From: a virus
Lineage: Duplodnaviria > Caudoviricetes
DNA: 63,666 bases
Direction: 5' to 3' (one strand)
IMG/VR virus record: IMGVR_UViG_3300021438_000015
Coordinates: 1 to 63,666 of that record
Shown in pieces: positions 16,456-26,821 of the stretch. The notes under the pieces are model-generated. The model searched no databases. It was not told where the DNA came from and saw only the letters and a list, made by a program, of their open reading frames with translations. A program made the position numbers and the translations under genes. Every line of letters starts with the position of its first letter. Position 1 is the first letter of the stretch.

Positions 16456-16492
16456 AAGTAGCATTCCAATTACATTCCAATTGAGGAAAATT

Positions 16493-18586
16493 ATGAGTGA
16501 AGAAGACATGATAACTTGGTCTGATGACAATTTTTCTAGTAAATCTAATGCTATGGAGAGATTGTCCGACAATATCAATTCTTATTCTGGTTTAAATAAA
16601 TCTACTGGGAGTGACGCTTATAGAACTTTTATAGATATTGAGCCAAATAGGTCAGTAAGGCCCGGTTTTAACAAACTAGATTATTATGCATTCAGACAAA
16701 CTGAATCTGTCCCCACTCAGCAACGTCGCATTATTAAAATGTGCATGGATGCTTATGATAAAGTTGGAATTATAAGAAATATTATTGACTTGATGGGCGA
16801 CTTTGGCAGTCAGGGGATCAACATTGTCCATCCTAATAAGACGGTTGAAAAATTCTATCAACAATGGTTCAAGAGTGTAAATGGCAAAGAGAGATCAGAA
16901 AGATTCTTAAATAACCTTTACAAAACTGGCAATGTGATCATGTATCGCAGCTATGCCAATGTAACTCCAGAGCTTGAGAAGTACATGAAATCTCTAGCCA
17001 AGGATATCAAAGTTGAAACTCCAAATATGAAACAAAATCAGATTCCTTGGAGATATAACTTTTTTAGCCCACTCACTGTAGAGTTAAAAGATGGCAAGCT
17101 TGCATTATTTATGGGTGTTTCAAATTATACTTTAAGTGCTGGAACATTCCTAGATACCTTTCAGTCAGGTTCACTTCCTAACGACGTTCTTGATAGTTTG
17201 CCAACTAACATTAAGAAAGCGTTACTGAACAAAGAAAAAAGAATTCCGCTTGACTCAGAAAGGCTTTGTGTTTTTCACTACAAGAAAGATGATTGGCAGA
17301 TGTGGGCAAATCCCATGATCTATGCTATTTTAGACGATATTATCATGTTAGAAAAAATGAGATTAGCAGATATGTCCGCTTTGGATGGTGCTATCTCTAA
17401 TATTCGTTTATGGACACTTGGCAATCTTGAGCATAAAATTTTACCAAATAAAACAGCCATTAATAAGTTACGAGATATCCTAGCCAGTAATGTTGGCGGT
17501 GGCACGATGGAATTAGTTTGGGGGCCAGAACTATCCTTTAAAGAATCTAGCAGTGAAGTATACAAATTCCTTGGTTCTGAAAAATATACTTCAGTACTAA
17601 ACAGTATATATGCTGGATTAGGTGTTCCCCCAACATTAACTGGTATGGCTAGCGGTGGCGGCGGTTTTACTAATAATTTTATCTCTCTCAAAACACTAGT
17701 AGAAAGACTTCAGTACGGTAGAGATCAACTAACTAGATTTTGGGAAAAAGAAATTGAGATGGTTAGACAGGCTATGGGTTTTAGATATAAGGCTTATATT
17801 CAGTTTGATCAAATGACCTTATCTGACGAAGCCGCAGAGAAGGCATTATTACTACAGCTTGTAGATAGAGATATAATTAGTCAAGAAACTGTTCTTGAAA
17901 GATTTAAGGAGATTCCTCAGATCGAAAAGATTAGATTACAAAGAGAATTTGAAGATAGACAAGGCGAAGATACTCCAGATAAAGCTGGTCCATTTCATAA
18001 TGCTAATCATAAAATGGATCTTGAAAAGATTGCATTACAAGGTGGAAAAGTTATTCCTCAAGATGTTGGACTAAAAACTAGCGTTCCAAAAGATATACTT
18101 ATTCCTAAACCAGCACCAACTGGTACGGGCTTGCCAAATGCCCCAAAGCCTAGTAATCCTAATGGGCGACCACAGTTTAAGCAAGATACCGGTCCAAGAA
18201 AACAAAGAATAGCAAATCCCAAAACTAAGCCCGGAGTTGCTGAATTTGTTTATTGGGCAGAAGAAAGCTGGAAAGAAATCTCTGATGTGCTTACGGATGC
18301 ATATCTGAATTCTAAATCTAAAAAGAATTTAAGGCAGCTAACCAAGTCAGAAGTAAAAGAATTAGAAAAATTAAAAGTAGATGTTCTTACGAATATAGAT
18401 ATTATGTCTGAGGTAAATGCTGCTTCTATAAGAGATATTTTAGTCGAGAATAGAAAAACGCCAAAGACATTTGCTAGCATGTTGTTGGAAGACAAGATTA
18501 GTCCAGAATCAATGAATATAGACAAGTATAGAATGCGTGTCATAAGTTTATATATCCAATCACAACTAGCAGAAATGGAAGAATAA
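16493..18586 (+). CDS. portal protein
   Basis: ~700 aa directly after TerL; GIIRNIIDLMGDF, LGVPPTL helical portal-like pattern; Pro-rich C-terminal extension. Confidence 0.8.
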   Translation: MSEEDMITWSDDNFSSKSNAMERLSDNINSYSGLNKSTGSDAYRTFIDIEPNRSVRPGFNKLDYYAFRQTESVPTQQRRIIKMCMDAYDKVGIIRNIIDLMGDFGSQGINIVHPNKTVEKFYQQWFKSVNGKERSERFLNNLYKTGNVIMYRSYANVTPELEKYMKSLAKDIKVETPNMKQNQIPWRYNFFSPLTVELKDGKLALFMGVSNYTLSAGTFLDTFQSGSLPNDVLDSLPTNIKKALLNKEKRIPLDSERLCVFHYKKDDWQMWANPMIYAILDDIIMLEKMRLADMSALDGAISNIRLWTLGNLEHKILPNKTAINKLRDILASNVGGGTMELVWGPELSFKESSSEVYKFLGSEKYTSVLNSIYAGLGVPPTLTGMASGGGGFTNNFISLKTLVERLQYGRDQLTRFWEKEIEMVRQAMGFRYKAYIQFDQMTLSDEAAEKALLLQLVDRDIISQETVLERFKEIPQIEKIRLQREFEDRQGEDTPDKAGPFHNANHKMDLEKIALQGGKVIPQDVGLKTSVPKDILIPKPAPTGTGLPNAPKPSNPNGRPQFKQDTGPRKQRIANPKTKPGVAEFVYWAEESWKEISDVLTDAYLNSKSKKNLRQLTKSEVKELEKLKVDVLTNIDIMSEVNAASIRDILVENRKTPKTFASMLLEDKISPESMNIDKYRMRVISLYIQSQLAEMEE

Positions 18587-18587
18587 A

Positions 18588-18983
18588 ATGGCAGCGGCAA
18601 AGTATGATTTTAATGTAGAACAAGGATCTTCTTATAACTTAACATTTATTTATAAGAATAATGAAGGCACTCCAATTGATATCACTGATTGGTGCGCAAG
18701 AATGCTATTAACAACAAGCGACAATCAAACAATAATATATTCAACTGGTAATGAAAACGCTAATTATAAAATGACAATAGATGGTCCTAATGGAAAGATT
18801 GTATTAATGATACCAGCATTTGCAACAAATAACTTTAGTTTTAAAAGTGCTAAGTATGACTTTGAATTAGAATCTAATGATGTTTTTTATTCCCAAGGCG
18901 GAAATTATGTTACTAGAGTGCTTTTTGGTACTATATCTGTGATCAAGAGAAATAGTAAAAATTCTACCAATATGGAGTGCTAA
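18588..18983 (+). CDS. virion structural adaptor (BppU-N-like Ig fold)
   Basis: YDFNVEQGSSY...PIDIT...ARM...AKYDFEL pattern that precedes fibre genes. Confidence 0.65.
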   Translation: MAAAKYDFNVEQGSSYNLTFIYKNNEGTPIDITDWCARMLLTTSDNQTIIYSTGNENANYKMTIDGPNGKIVLMIPAFATNNFSFKSAKYDFELESNDVFYSQGGNYVTRVLFGTISVIKRNSKNSTNMEC

Positions 18984-21900
18984 ATGAGTGACTATAGAAT
19001 AGAAGTTACTGAAAACATAGTTAATCTTGATGTCATACAAGATCATGATATCACAATAGAAATAACATCTTCAGATAACTTTATTACATTTAATACTCCT
19101 AGCGGTTATCCAATATTATCCACCAGCGGAATACTTCCTGTCGATAGGGTTGCCAGTGGATATCCTATAGAAAATCTTCTTTATGGTAATACCATAGTCA
19201 GAACTAGCGGCGATCAAGCTATATCTGGTATTAAAACATTCAACACCCCTATTTTTGTTGGTGATATTACATCCTCTGGTTTTTCAGCTATAAAGTCACA
19301 GTCAACAGCAATAACTCCATCACATTTTCCAGTTTTTATTTCTGATCCATCAACTTTTTCCAGAAATATATATACTAGAACCCCATCTCAAGTAAAATCA
19401 GATCTTGGCTTAAGTAATGTTCAAAATCTTGCATTATCTGGAATAGTTTTTTCAGCCGGAAGTGGTTTAGTGGGCGGCGGTAGTTTATCCTCTAATAGAA
19501 GCTTTGATATTGGTCAAGGCGATGGGTTGATTGTGAGTGCTGACAATATATCCGTGGACTCTACTGTTGTTAGAACAAATGGTGATCAAACTATAAACGG
19601 TCCAAAGACTTTTACAAATACACTAATTTTTAATAGTGGATCTTTCCAATCTTTAAAAGTTGGCTCTAGCGATGTCTCATTAAGCGGCCATACTCACAGC
19701 ATATCAAATATAAATGGACTTCAAGCTGTTTTAGATTTAAAACAACCTTCTGGAAGTTACGCATTATCTAATCACAGTCATTCTAGTTTTCCTAGCTTGT
19801 ATCTTGGATCACCAAATCTAGATACTTGTTTAAATATTATTGTTCCGTCTAGTTATGAGACTAATCAGTATCAAGATACTAGTGTTCTTCAAATTACTAA
19901 TGATGATCTTGCTAGTACTGTCTTTGCTATTGATGGATTGGGGCAAATAAGATATGGAACAATTAATTCTACTAATGTTAATGGTTTAAATAACGCCATT
20001 ACAGCACAAATTCCAACAACCATAGTACATACTACTGGTAATCAAAGTATTAGCGGCATCAAAACTTTTAATAACAATATTAATGTTAGTGGTTTAATAA
20101 CAGCTAATAGTGGTAATTTCATAAACTCATTGAAGATCAATGGAACTGATGTAAGTATTAGTGGTCATACTCACGCTATATCTAACATTACCGGATTACA
20201 AACAGCACTTGATAATAAACAACCTTCTGGTAGTTATGCGTCAAGTTCGCATACTCATACTAGTTCTGATATTACAAACTTCAACACAAGTGTAAGCGGA
20301 CTAGTAAATGGAATATATGCCCCACTAAACAGTCCATCATTTACTGGAACCCCACTAACTCCAACCGCTAGTGCTGGAACTAATAGTACTCAAATTGCTA
20401 GTACAGCATTTGTTCGCACAGAAATTAGCAATTTAGTAGCTTCTGCTCCAACCGCATTAGACACTCTTAATGAGCTAGCATCGGCCCTTGGTAATGATGC
20501 TAATTTTTCTACCACCGTCACAAATAACCTTGCTGGCAAAGCAAGTCTTACTGGAGCAACATTTACTGGAAGTATTAGTGGTCCAAGCGGAAACTTCACT
20601 TCATTAAAAGTCAACAGCGTAGATGTTAGTGCTAATGGTCATACTCATACTTCTTCTAATATCACAGATTTTAACTCTAGCGTTAGTGGCCTACTAACTG
20701 TAAAAAACGTTACAGCTGGTAATTATGTAAATCTTTCATCTACAAATGGTAATTATACTATAGCTGTTACTGGATTGCAACCTAGTGGTAACTATAGTTT
20801 AATTGGACATACGCACGTTATATCAGATATTACAAGCTTGCAAACTACGCTTGACGGTAAACAAGCACTTTTGACTAACCCTGTTACTGGCACTGGAACA
20901 AATAACTATCATACCAAATGGACTAGTAGTAGTAGTATAGGAAATAGTTTAATATATGATAATGGAACAAATATTGGTATAGGAACATCTTCACCTAATG
21001 CCGCTTTAGAAGTTAGCGGTATCATAAGAATTACTGACGGGGCTGGTAGATTACAACTATATCGTGGTGGAGGAACTGTTTATGATTACAGTATTGGAAA
21101 GGAAAGTAATCATTTAGCAATTTCTACTGCTTCTGATTCTACCACGAATAGATATACCCAATTTGGATATCATGCAAGTAATGGAACTTGGAATCCAAAA
21201 ACCGTTATTAATAACTATAATGGGGCAGTTGGGATTGGTACTACATCCCCAAGTGCTGATTTTCATGTCAATGGAAGCGGATTATTTGCTAGTGGCTTAA
21301 ATATAAGTAATCAAACAGCTAGCACTATAGCAAGTTTTGATTCTAATAAAAATATTATTTCATTAACTACTGGTACATATCCATCTCTAACTGAATTGAG
21401 CTATGTCAAAGGATTAACTAGTGCGGTTCAAACTCAAATTGATAGTAAAGCTGCGTCATCTCACACTCACACATCAAGTAATATAACTGATTTTAATTCT
21501 AGTGTCAGCGGTTTAGTCAATGTCAAAAATATTACAGCTGGCAATTATATAAATTTATCATCAACAACTGGTAACTATACTATATCAGTAACTGGATTAC
21601 AACCAAGTGGTAATTATAGCCTAGTTGGTCATACCCACATTATATCGGATGTTACCAATCTCCAAACTGTGCTTGATGGAAAGCAACCTTCTGGCAACTA
21701 TGCTGCAAGTTCACATACTCACACAGCATCTCAAATTACTGATTTTAATACCTCAGTTGATTCTAGAATAACAAGTGCAAATTTACAACCTAGTGGTAAT
21801 TACAGTCTTGTTGGACATACACATACATCCAGCAATATTACAGATTTCAATAGTAGCGTAAGTGGCTTATTGACTCCATATCAATTATCTCTTACAAACC

Positions 21901-22763
21901 CTGTTACTGGAATTGGAACTAGTGGATATTTAACTAAATGGGTTAGTAGCGGTGGACTTTCTAGCGGAATTATTTTTGATAATGGATCTAGTATTGGTAT
22001 AAATACAAATACCCCCAGTTCTTCAACTAAACTTGAAGTCAATGGTAATATAAATCAAACGTGGTCAGGATCTGATACTAGATTTGCTACGGTCTATGAT
22101 AATAATTATAGAATGGGTATTAATTTTGCTGCAAATCAAAGAATAATGAATATCTTTAGTACATCTTCTGAAAGTACTAATGGTCATATAATATTTTCAA
22201 CCCGATCATCTGGTGGGTCTTCTAGCACAGATTATGGCTCTGAAAGGATGAGAATAACTGGTGCTGGACTTGTTGGAATATCTACAACTACTCCTAGTGG
22301 TCAATTACATGTTGTTGGTACAGGATTATTTTCTTCAAAGGTTGGCATAGGAACAAATTCTCCATCATACACCCTAGATGTTAATGGGTCTGGTAATTTT
22401 ACATCATTAAATGTTAATGGGTCTGGCGTTGGTTTATATGATACATCTGTACTTTCTTTAGGAACAATCACTGGTAGCAATGCCATTAATTGTGGTCAGG
22501 ATCGTCAAATTCAAACACTTACCTTAAATGGAACAGCAACTACATTTACTAAGGGAACTGGTTGGCCCTCATCTAATAGTGTTAGCAGAGACATCACATT
22601 AAATATTACAGCTAGTTCTAACACTAGTGTAACATGGACTGTTGTTACTGATTGGTATCGACAGCCAGACAGCCCTTTACCAAGTGGTAGTCATATAGTT
22701 CTATTAAGAGCAATTGGTAGTGGAATAATTCAAGGACACTATATAGGTAGTAAGACTAACTAA
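18984..22763 (+). CDS. long fibre protein
   Basis: Repeated HTH(T/V)xSxITxF/L, QPSGNY, GIGTxSP, PTASAGTNSTQIASTAFV and LDTLNELASAL fibre motifs. Confidence 0.85.
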   Translation: MSDYRIEVTENIVNLDVIQDHDITIEITSSDNFITFNTPSGYPILSTSGILPVDRVASGYPIENLLYGNTIVRTSGDQAISGIKTFNTPIFVGDITSSGFSAIKSQSTAITPSHFPVFISDPSTFSRNIYTRTPSQVKSDLGLSNVQNLALSGIVFSAGSGLVGGGSLSSNRSFDIGQGDGLIVSADNISVDSTVVRTNGDQTINGPKTFTNTLIFNSGSFQSLKVGSSDVSLSGHTHSISNINGLQAVLDLKQPSGSYALSNHSHSSFPSLYLGSPNLDTCLNIIVPSSYETNQYQDTSVLQITNDDLASTVFAIDGLGQIRYGTINSTNVNGLNNAITAQIPTTIVHTTGNQSISGIKTFNNNINVSGLITANSGNFINSLKINGTDVSISGHTHAISNITGLQTALDNKQPSGSYASSSHTHTSSDITNFNTSVSGLVNGIYAPLNSPSFTGTPLTPTASAGTNSTQIASTAFVRTEISNLVASAPTALDTLNELASALGNDANFSTTVTNNLAGKASLTGATFTGSISGPSGNFTSLKVNSVDVSANGHTHTSSNITDFNSSVSGLLTVKNVTAGNYVNLSSTNGNYTIAVTGLQPSGNYSLIGHTHVISDITSLQTTLDGKQALLTNPVTGTGTNNYHTKWTSSSSIGNSLIYDNGTNIGIGTSSPNAALEVSGIIRITDGAGRLQLYRGGGTVYDYSIGKESNHLAISTASDSTTNRYTQFGYHASNGTWNPKTVINNYNGAVGIGTTSPSADFHVNGSGLFASGLNISNQTASTIASFDSNKNIISLTTGTYPSLTELSYVKGLTSAVQTQIDSKAASSHTHTSSNITDFNSSVSGLVNVKNITAGNYINLSSTTGNYTISVTGLQPSGNYSLVGHTHIISDVTNLQTVLDGKQPSGNYAASSHTHTASQITDFNTSVDSRITSANLQPSGNYSLVGHTHTSSNITDFNSSVSGLLTPYQLSLTNPVTGIGTSGYLTKWVSSGGLSSGIIFDNGSSIGINTNTPSSSTKLEVNGNINQTWSGSDTRFATVYDNNYRMGINFAANQRIMNIFSTSSESTNGHIIFSTRSSGGSSSTDYGSERMRITGAGLVGISTTTPSGQLHVVGTGLFSSKVGIGTNSPSYTLDVNGSGNFTSLNVNGSGVGLYDTSVLSLGTITGSNAINCGQDRQIQTLTLNGTATTFTKGTGWPSSNSVSRDITLNITASSNTSVTWTVVTDWYRQPDSPLPSGSHIVLLRAIGSGIIQGHYIGSKTN

Positions 22764-22764
22764 A

Positions 22765-25296
22765 ATGATTAATGATTTATTAGGATCAACACCAAAAACT
22801 TATCCAGCAAGTTTACTTTTAAACTTTGATGGATCAAATGGTGGTACAACGTTCACTGACTCATCTTCTTTTGCAAACACTGTTACTGTTTACAATGGAT
22901 CGGTAACGACTAGTACATCACAAAGCGTTTTCGGTGGTTCTAGCCTATTTGTTGATAACGGTTATTTACAAGTTGCATCAAATTCAGCATTAAATTTAAG
23001 TAGTGGAAATTTCACAATTGAGTTTTGGGTAAAGCCAGACACGCAAAATCAACCTTACCCAAGTATTTTAGGAGCAAGCACTTGGGGTGCAGAAAATGCG
23101 TTCTCAATTAGATATTCAAATGTTGGACTTCAGAATTGTTTTAGTGTAAATTCATGGCACATGTCTAATTACTTTGGAAATGAAACATACTTAACTAGTG
23201 GCCCATTTGCACCCGGTAATTGGCATCATGTCGCAGTGACCAGATCGGGTTTAACTGATCGACTATTTGTTGATGGAATATTAACTTCATCTTATACATT
23301 TGATACACCGCAACAATGGCCCGATTTAAACGCAGATGCAACATTAAAGATTGGTAGTTCATGGGACGGCGCGAGGGGTCAATTTAAAGGCTATATTGAT
23401 GATTTACGAATAACTAAAGGTGTGGCACTTTATACAGAATCATATTTTGCCCCTCCTTTATACGCATTATCAAAAAATTCAACAATTGCTCCAAAATTAT
23501 TCAATCATTTAGTAATGATAAGCACAAAGTCTAGCGGCAATATAACTGGAAATATATCCACATCAACCGGATTTTATGCTGTAAACTGGTATGATGGAAC
23601 TAAAACGATATATGCCAGTGACAATAATTTCAGTAAGTCTGCAATTGGTGGAAATCAGTATATAACAATTTATCCTTGCGCTGGAGTTCCTCTTCTTTTA
23701 CATTTTAATGGAGGAAATGGAAGTACGGCATTTGTTGACTCATCCAGCAATAATACTGTAATTACCCAAAATGGTAATGTTACAACTAGTACAACTCAAA
23801 GCAAGTTTGGTGGCAGTAGTGCTTATTTTAATGGAAATAGTTTTTTATCATTTCCCGTAGGAAATAATTTTATACTGTCTAATGATTTTACAGTAGAATT
23901 TTGGGTATATCCAACTATTAGTTTTCCAACTAGCGATTACGTTTTATGGTTTGGACTTAGCTCTGGTGCTGGAGATTATTTTGGAGTTAAAAATGGTAAT
24001 TATGTTGCTCAGTTTGGGGGAACTGGAGAAATGTTTTGGAGTGGCTCTCCATCAATAAATGCATGGACACATATAGCGTTAGTAAGGTCTGGATCTACTG
24101 TCACTTTATATGTCAATGGAACATCTCTAGGCAATTATACAAAATCGACACCTTGGCTCAATAGTCCTAGTTCTAATGTGCAAATAGGTGCATTTGCATC
24201 ACAATTTTTTACAACAGGATATATTGATGAATTCAGAATAACTAAAGGTCAAGCATTATATAAATCAAATTTTACTCCATCAACGGCAGAGTTAAGTTCT
24301 GATATAAATGCCAACTTATCTGGATATTTTTTAAATGTTGATATTTCAAATAATAATTTAACTTCAGTAAGACCGTTATACTCAAGATTTACTAGTAGTA
24401 TAGGATATAACATGCCGGGATATACTCGCACTTGGTATTTTTATAATTCATATTATAGCAGAGGTTATAACTCTTCTTATGCAGCAGGAGCATATGTTCC
24501 CGGTTCACCATATCATTTAGATGTTAGCTCTAATATTTTAGATGCATCAGCATTAAATCAAATTTATACTGATCTTTTAAATGGAACTGGAAGTATAGAT
24601 GTTAGTGATAACATTGGTGGTGATACTGATAATCCAAACATAGCAACATCCAAGGGCTATACTGTTTTTGGATCAGTTTCTCCATACACAACACTTCTAC
24701 TAAATTTGAATGGTAGTTATACCGATTCTTCCTCACAAAACATATCAATATCTGCTCTTGGTGGCAGTCCATCTTTTAGCACATCAATAAAAAAGTATGG
24801 AAGCTCATCATTATCGCTTAACGGTGGTAATATTGGCAATGATTCATTCGTAATTCCAGATTTATCACAAGTTGATTATACAATAGAATTTTGGATCTAT
24901 AGACCAACAGCAACTAATACTTATGAAGGAATTGTTAATCTATCTAATGGATCGTCACCGGCTGGCATAAATATTCATTTATATAATAGCAATGATATAA
25001 ATTTTAATGACGGACAAGCTGGTGCTGCTGCTGGTGGAACAATTGGAGCAAATCAATGGTATCATGTTGCTTGTGTTTCTAAAAATAATGTTAAAAAACT
25101 TTTTATAGATGGAACTCTCGTAAGTTCTGGTAATCAAGTCACACCAGCTGGCCCATACAAATTAAAGATAGGGGCTACCTATTCTCTAAGCCAGACATCC
25201 AATGCTTACATTGATGATTTTAGAATAATTAGAGGAAAAGCATTATATGCTACAAATTTTACACCTCCAACCTCACAATTAACTACCTATCCATAA
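22765..25296 (+). CDS. triple LamG/concanavalin-like lectin virion protein
   Basis: Three LLLxF(D/N)G...FTIEFW...WxHVA...YIDxxRI domains. Confidence 0.88.
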   Translation: MINDLLGSTPKTYPASLLLNFDGSNGGTTFTDSSSFANTVTVYNGSVTTSTSQSVFGGSSLFVDNGYLQVASNSALNLSSGNFTIEFWVKPDTQNQPYPSILGASTWGAENAFSIRYSNVGLQNCFSVNSWHMSNYFGNETYLTSGPFAPGNWHHVAVTRSGLTDRLFVDGILTSSYTFDTPQQWPDLNADATLKIGSSWDGARGQFKGYIDDLRITKGVALYTESYFAPPLYALSKNSTIAPKLFNHLVMISTKSSGNITGNISTSTGFYAVNWYDGTKTIYASDNNFSKSAIGGNQYITIYPCAGVPLLLHFNGGNGSTAFVDSSSNNTVITQNGNVTTSTTQSKFGGSSAYFNGNSFLSFPVGNNFILSNDFTVEFWVYPTISFPTSDYVLWFGLSSGAGDYFGVKNGNYVAQFGGTGEMFWSGSPSINAWTHIALVRSGSTVTLYVNGTSLGNYTKSTPWLNSPSSNVQIGAFASQFFTTGYIDEFRITKGQALYKSNFTPSTAELSSDINANLSGYFLNVDISNNNLTSVRPLYSRFTSSIGYNMPGYTRTWYFYNSYYSRGYNSSYAAGAYVPGSPYHLDVSSNILDASALNQIYTDLLNGTGSIDVSDNIGGDTDNPNIATSKGYTVFGSVSPYTTLLLNLNGSYTDSSSQNISISALGGSPSFSTSIKKYGSSSLSLNGGNIGNDSFVIPDLSQVDYTIEFWIYRPTATNTYEGIVNLSNGSSPAGINIHLYNSNDINFNDGQAGAAAGGTIGANQWYHVACVSKNNVKKLFIDGTLVSSGNQVTPAGPYKLKIGATYSLSQTSNAYIDDFRIIRGKALYATNFTPPTSQLTTYP

Positions 25297-26012
25297 TGTA
25301 TTATTATACTACTCCAAATTACAGCGTTGCTCTCAATGCCAAAGTTGGTTCATCAACTATGGCCCGATTAATTATTAAACAATTTTATCCAAAAGAGCAT
25401 AAAAAGATAGTATACGCAAGATTTCCTAATGGTATTGATGAAAGCCAAAAACAATGGCACTGGATGTGTCCCGGCTCACCCTCTCCAGATAAACCTATAG
25501 TGCTAATGGTAAGAAATCCAGTTGATCGATTTATTACTGCTTGTCAACAAGTAGCAGTTAAATTTGAAGACATAGATAAAGCAATAGATTCTTTATTGAA
25601 CGATAGTGCTTTTTTAAGAACAAGAGAAGACATTGAAGCGGTAAATCAACTAGCTAATATAAACACAAGAAACTCAAAAAAGTTAGAGATTAGACAAAAA
25701 AGATTAGATCAAGGTTTACCAGTAAGAGATTTTAAAAGATTCGGGTATTTAAGAGATGATGTTCATTTTTTACATCAGCACGAATATATTCAACATGAAA
25801 CCTATCTTTTTAAATTTCCAGATCATATACAAGATTGTTTAACTTTTATTGGCATAAATAGTGAACCAATAACAGCAAATAAAGCCAAAAGAGAAAAACC
25901 TAAACTATCAGACAATCAAAGATTACTAGTAGAATCTTACTATAGCAAAGATATTGAACTATTCAATAGTATAAATGTTCCCGGCCAGTTAGTATCATCA
26001 CAAGGAGAATAG
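25296..26012 (+). CDS. sulfotransferase family 2-like protein
   Basis: PAPS-binding-like AKVGSST, VRNPVDRF, DVHFLHQ, YSKDIELF. Confidence 0.7.
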   Translation: MYYYTTPNYSVALNAKVGSSTMARLIIKQFYPKEHKKIVYARFPNGIDESQKQWHWMCPGSPSPDKPIVLMVRNPVDRFITACQQVAVKFEDIDKAIDSLLNDSAFLRTREDIEAVNQLANINTRNSKKLEIRQKRLDQGLPVRDFKRFGYLRDDVHFLHQHEYIQHETYLFKFPDHIQDCLTFIGINSEPITANKAKREKPKLSDNQRLLVESYYSKDIELFNSINVPGQLVSSQGE

Positions 26013-26014
26013 TC

Positions 26015-26353
26015 ATGACACTAGATTTTAATGTAAATAATAGATTACCACCAAAAACTCCAGATGAAATATCTGATGTTTTAAAACTGCAAGCTAAAAA
26101 TATATATAGCAATATGGTGGGGGTTTTCAACAGAGGTTCAAAAATGTTTTGGGATAATCCTAATGCGACTCCAGAACAAATAGCATCCTCATTAGGCACA
26201 GATGCTAAACAGTTGTTTGAACTTCATTATAAATTAGGACAATTAATTGCGAGCGTTGATCCTTTAGCAATAGCTCCCGGTTCATCAGTAATAGGTCAAT
26301 TTACCATGAACGAAGATGGAACAGTTACTATTAATCCACCATTAATACCATAA
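26015..26353 (+). CDS. hypothetical protein (paralog A)
   Basis: FWDNP...LFELHYKLGQ...GQFTMNEDGTV. Confidence 0.8.
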   Translation: MTLDFNVNNRLPPKTPDEISDVLKLQAKNIYSNMVGVFNRGSKMFWDNPNATPEQIASSLGTDAKQLFELHYKLGQLIASVDPLAIAPGSSVIGQFTMNEDGTVTINPPLIP

Positions 26354-26374
26354 TTTAAATAATGGAGAAATAAT

Positions 26375-26755
26375 ATGAGTATTTTAGATAGCAATGTTCA
26401 ACCAAACTTAGCAGAACAATCTGCCAAGCAAATAATCAATCAAGCTCGTCAGACATTTCATCAAATAACCGACTCTTTTAATGACGGTACTGTTTTATTT
26501 TGGAGCAATCCTTATGGATTAAAACCATCACAAATTGCTGAAGCATTAGGGCCAAATGCCGTGGAAGTATTTAAATTACACTATGCTTTGGGACAATTTA
26601 TCGCTAGTATAAAGCCAGAAGTTATATCTAATTCATTATCTTTAGTTGGTCAATTTACTATGAACCAAGATGGGACTGTGAAAGTTCATGAAGACGATAA
26701 CCTACCGCCGGTTGCTCCTCAAAATTTTAATGCCTCTCTAATTGATGATCGTTAA
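26375..26755 (+). CDS. hypothetical protein (paralog B)
   Basis: FWSNP...VFKLHYALGQ...GQFTMNQDGTV. Confidence 0.8.
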   Translation: MSILDSNVQPNLAEQSAKQIINQARQTFHQITDSFNDGTVLFWSNPYGLKPSQIAEALGPNAVEVFKLHYALGQFIASIKPEVISNSLSLVGQFTMNQDGTVKVHEDDNLPPVAPQNFNASLIDDR

Positions 26756-26786
26756 GCAATCAATTTAATATGTTAATTCAATTTTT

Positions 26787-26796
26787 GTGTATATTA
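26787..26796 (+). promoter_or_regulatory. putative late promoter
   Basis: GTGTATATTA before head protease operon. Confidence 0.65.
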
Positions 26797-26821
26797 TCTT
26801 GAGAGACACCAAGGAAAAAAT

